DNA of 64,000 nt from Vicinamibacterales bacterium (GTDB lineage Bacteria; Acidobacteriota; Vicinamibacteria; Vicinamibacterales; UBA8438): positions 154,664 through 218,663 of the forward strand of contig CBDAUL010000004.1 of the NCBI GenBank assembly GCA_965200475.1, written 5' to 3'. Position 1 is the first letter of the stretch. Each line of letters starts with the position of its first letter. Below the pieces are notes generated by a model that saw only the letters and a program-made list of their open reading frames with translations, was not told the origin of the DNA and did not search any database. Both the position numbers and the translations under genes were made by a program. Below are positions 61,783-64,000 of the stretch, piece by piece.

Positions 61783-63105
61783 GTGCGAATGCTGCAGCCG
61801 CGAGGCGTGGTCATCGGGCTCGGCGTGCTGGCAATCCTGGCGGCGATGCCGGTCCTGGCGGCCGGACAGGAGGCGGCCGGCGAGCGCGGGCTCACCTTCA
61901 CGCGCGACGTCGCGCCGATCATCCACCGCTCCTGCTCCGGGTGCCATCGCCCCGACGAGGTCGCACCCATGTCGCTGATGACCTACGAGGAGGTGCGGCC
62001 CTGGGCCCGGTCGATCAGGAACCGGGTGGCGTCGCGCGAGATGCCGCCCTGGCACCTCGACCGCCGCATCGGGATTCAGCAGTTCAAGAACGATCCGTCG
62101 CTGACCGACGCCGAGATCGCGACCATCGTGGACTGGGTGGACGCGGGCGCGCCGCGCGGGGACCTCGCCGACATGCCGCCGCTGCCCACCTGGGGCAGCG
62201 CCGACGACTGGCAGATCGGTGAGCCGGACCTGATCGTGCAATACCCGAGCTACCTCGTCCCGGCGGCGGGGCCGGACCTGTTCGGCTATCTCTACGCCGA
62301 CTTCGACCTCGAGGAGGATCGCTACATCCGCGCCATCCAGACCAAGCCGGCCGACAAGCGGGCGCGCCTGGTCGTGCATCACACGAACGCCTTCGCCATC
62401 GCCCCCGGCGACACGACCGAAGGCGTGGAGTCGGAACGCCACCTGGTCGAGTACGCGTCCGGCAAGCAGGCCGAGATCTATCCGGAGGACTCGGGCGTGC
62501 TGCTGCAGGCGGGCAGCCGGACCCGGCTCAGCTATCACCTCCACTCGGTCGGTGAGGACATCGACACCGTGGTGGAGCTCGGGATCGTGTTTCACCCCGA
62601 GGGCACGGTGCCGGAGCACGTCCGCTGGACCAAGCAGCTCGCCGGCGCGCACGGCACCATCGCCGGCCTCGTCGACCTGCCGCCGGGGCAGGTGACGCGC
62701 TCTGACGGCTACACGCGCTTCAACAAGGCGGCGCGGATCACCATGTTCCAGCCGCACATGCACATGCTCGGCAAGTACCAGTGCCTCGAGCTGATCTACC
62801 CGACGCAGCCGGTGCGCACCGAGGTGGTCAACTGCGCCCACTTCGACTACAACTGGCACCTGGCGTACAACTACGCCGACGACGCGGCCCCGCTGGTGCC
62901 GGCCGGGACGATCCTGCACGTCGTCAACTGGCACGACAACACGGCGGGCCACCGCGCCAATCCCGACCCGCGCAACTGGACGGGCAGCGGCGGCCGCACG
63001 ATCGACGAGATGGGGTTCGCGTGGATCGGCTGGTACGACCTGACCGACGAGGAGTACGAGGCCGAGCTGACGGCGCGCGAAGCGGCGCGGCGCAAGACCA
63101 ACTGA
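61783..63105 (+). CDS. Family A secreted protein, copy 4
   Basis: GGGAGG lies 6 nt before GTG 61783 (ATG 61789 is an alternative). Signal peptide. CSGCH at 61933..61947, then VHH, YHLHSVG, PHMHMLGKYQC and IDEM. Confidence 0.8.
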   Translation: MRMLQPRGVVIGLGVLAILAAMPVLAAGQEAAGERGLTFTRDVAPIIHRSCSGCHRPDEVAPMSLMTYEEVRPWARSIRNRVASREMPPWHLDRRIGIQQFKNDPSLTDAEIATIVDWVDAGAPRGDLADMPPLPTWGSADDWQIGEPDLIVQYPSYLVPAAGPDLFGYLYADFDLEEDRYIRAIQTKPADKRARLVVHHTNAFAIAPGDTTEGVESERHLVEYASGKQAEIYPEDSGVLLQAGSRTRLSYHLHSVGEDIDTVVELGIVFHPEGTVPEHVRWTKQLAGAHGTIAGLVDLPPGQVTRSDGYTRFNKAARITMFQPHMHMLGKYQCLELIYPTQPVRTEVVNCAHFDYNWHLAYNYADDAAPLVPAGTILHVVNWHDNTAGHRANPDPRNWTGSGGRTIDEMGFAWIGWYDLTDEEYEAELTAREAARRKTN

Positions 63106-63162
63106 GGCCTGCGCACGGAGACGCGGCCGCTGCGCGGACGCCGCGCCGCGGATGAACGAGGC

Positions 63163-64000
63163 ATGCTGAAGTCACGGGCACGTATCCGTCCGATCCTGGG
63201 GCTGGCCCTGACGCTGGGATTCGGACTCCCCGCCGGCGCCGCCGCGCAGGCCGACCCCTTCAACTTCCCGTTCACCTCGGGACAGACCGTCGCGCCGTTC
63301 TTCGACGGCTGGTCGCGGAACCCGGACGGCACGTACGAGATGCACTTCGGGTACATCAACCGCAACTACGTCGAGGAGCTGCACGTGCCGATCGGACCGG
63401 ACAACAGCTTCGGGACGGGCGGCGTCGACCAGGGCCAGCCGACCTTCTTCTACCCGCGCGTCCACCGCAAGGTGTTCAGCGTGACCGTGCCCGCCGACTG
63501 GGGCGAGCGCGAGCTGGTGTGGAGCCTGACCGTCCGCGGCCAGCGCCAGCAGGCCATCGCCTGGCTCGACCCGGTCTGGGAGATCGATCCGATCCTCGGC
63601 GGCCGCGCGCCGACGGCGGAGCAGCGCGTCAACCAGGCGCCGCGACTGTCGGTGACCGCAGACGGACGCACCGTGAGGCTGCCGGACACCCTGGCGCTGA
63701 CCGCCCGCGTGAGCGACGACGGCGTGCCGCGGGCGAGCGGCCCGCGCCGCCGGGCGCGCGGGCAGGAAACGCCGCCGACGCTGCAGCCGGCGGCCGACGA
63801 GCCCCGGGCGCCCGTCAACGTGCCGGTCCTGCGGACAGGGACGCGGCCGAGCGAGGTGGCGGTCGACGACCGCCTGACCATCACCTGGTCGGTGCTGCGC
63901 GGGCCCGCCAGCGTCGCGGTCGAGGCCGACTCGCCCGATGCGGAGGCCGGCGAGCCGGTGCGGATGACGGCCACGTTCTCCGCGCCGGGCGAGTACCTGC
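63163..64000 (+). CDS. Family B secreted protein, copy 4 (3' end outside window)
   Basis: Not in the ORF track because there is no stop before the window end. My own translation from ATG 63163 is open to 64000. It begins MLKSRARIRPILGLALTLGFGLPAGAAAQ and carries FDGWSRNPDGT, NRNYVEE, GQPTFFYPR, VPADWG and then LTARVSDDGVP. Confidence 0.75.
   Translation, partial: MLKSRARIRPILGLALTLGFGLPAGAAAQADPFNFPFTSGQTVAPFFDGWSRNPDGTYEMHFGYINRNYVEELHVPIGPDNSFGTGGVDQGQPTFFYPRVHRKVFSVTVPADWGERELVWSLTVRGQRQQAIAWLDPVWEIDPILGGRAPTAEQRVNQAPRLSVTADGRTVRLPDTLALTARVSDDGVPRASGPRRRARGQETPPTLQPAADEPRAPVNVPVLRTGTRPSEVAVDDRLTITWSVLRGPASVAVEADSPDAEAGEPVRMTATFSAPGEYL

Noticed and set aside
1-64000. Search for mobile-element hallmarks (transposase, integrase, IS inverted repeats, tRNA-adjacent islands, prophage genes).
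   Set aside because: No protein with recombinase, DDE or tyrosine-integrase motifs was recognised in any frame. The lower-GC islet at 31212..33473 has no detectable flanking direct repeats.

Overview
High-GC (about 70% from hand counts of 60-nt lines) bacterial chromosomal segment. No similarity searches were run, so all family names come from motif recognition and are unverified. The gene content resembles Acidobacteriota/Gemmatimonadota/Planctomycetota-type genomes: DUF1592+DUF1552 pairs, CarboxypepD_reg-type TonB-dependent receptors and CRTAC1/ASPIC-UnbV FG-GAP proteins. I found no rRNA, tRNA, CRISPR array, transposase or integrase. About 45 CDS are supported. Many very long Arg/Ala/Gly/Pro-rich ORFs in the six-frame track are antisense or alternate-frame artefacts of the GC content. 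The main observation is a two-gene module present four times: 8440-10826(-), 36215-38554(-), 41701-44032(-) and 61783->64000(+). Gene A encodes a secreted protein with a CxxCH heme-c motif followed by the complete ordered copper-ligand pattern of PHM/DBH-type monooxygenases. Gene B, immediately downstream, encodes a roughly 300-aa secreted protein with a conserved N-terminal domain I cannot name and an Ig-like C-terminal domain. I do not recognise this pair as a characterised system. Copy 3 sits inside a roughly 22-kb co-directional minus-strand cluster with CRTAC1/TPR/FG-GAP proteins, an RnfD-like membrane protein, two TonB-dependent receptors, a PQQ beta-propeller, an ATP-grasp ligase and a DUF1499 protein. 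Other notable points are listed here. (1) A CRTAC1-thioredoxin-TPR gene is split by a single in-frame TGA with a hairpin 10 nt downstream. (2) A roughly 90-nt hairpin-bearing repeat occurs at two A-module loci. (3) A roughly 95-nt REP-like repeat fills three convergent-gene gaps. (4) A lower-GC islet carries an ABC-type ATPase plus a small DxD-motif protein, a candidate defence module. (5) A DUF1592-DUF1552-secreted ankyrin triad is duplicated. (6) Enzymes that are usually cytoplasmic (ICL/PEP-mutase family, cyclase family) carry Tat signals. (7) An NHL/PAL-like propeller is present. (8) There are several type II toxin-antitoxin pairs and two Uma2 genes.
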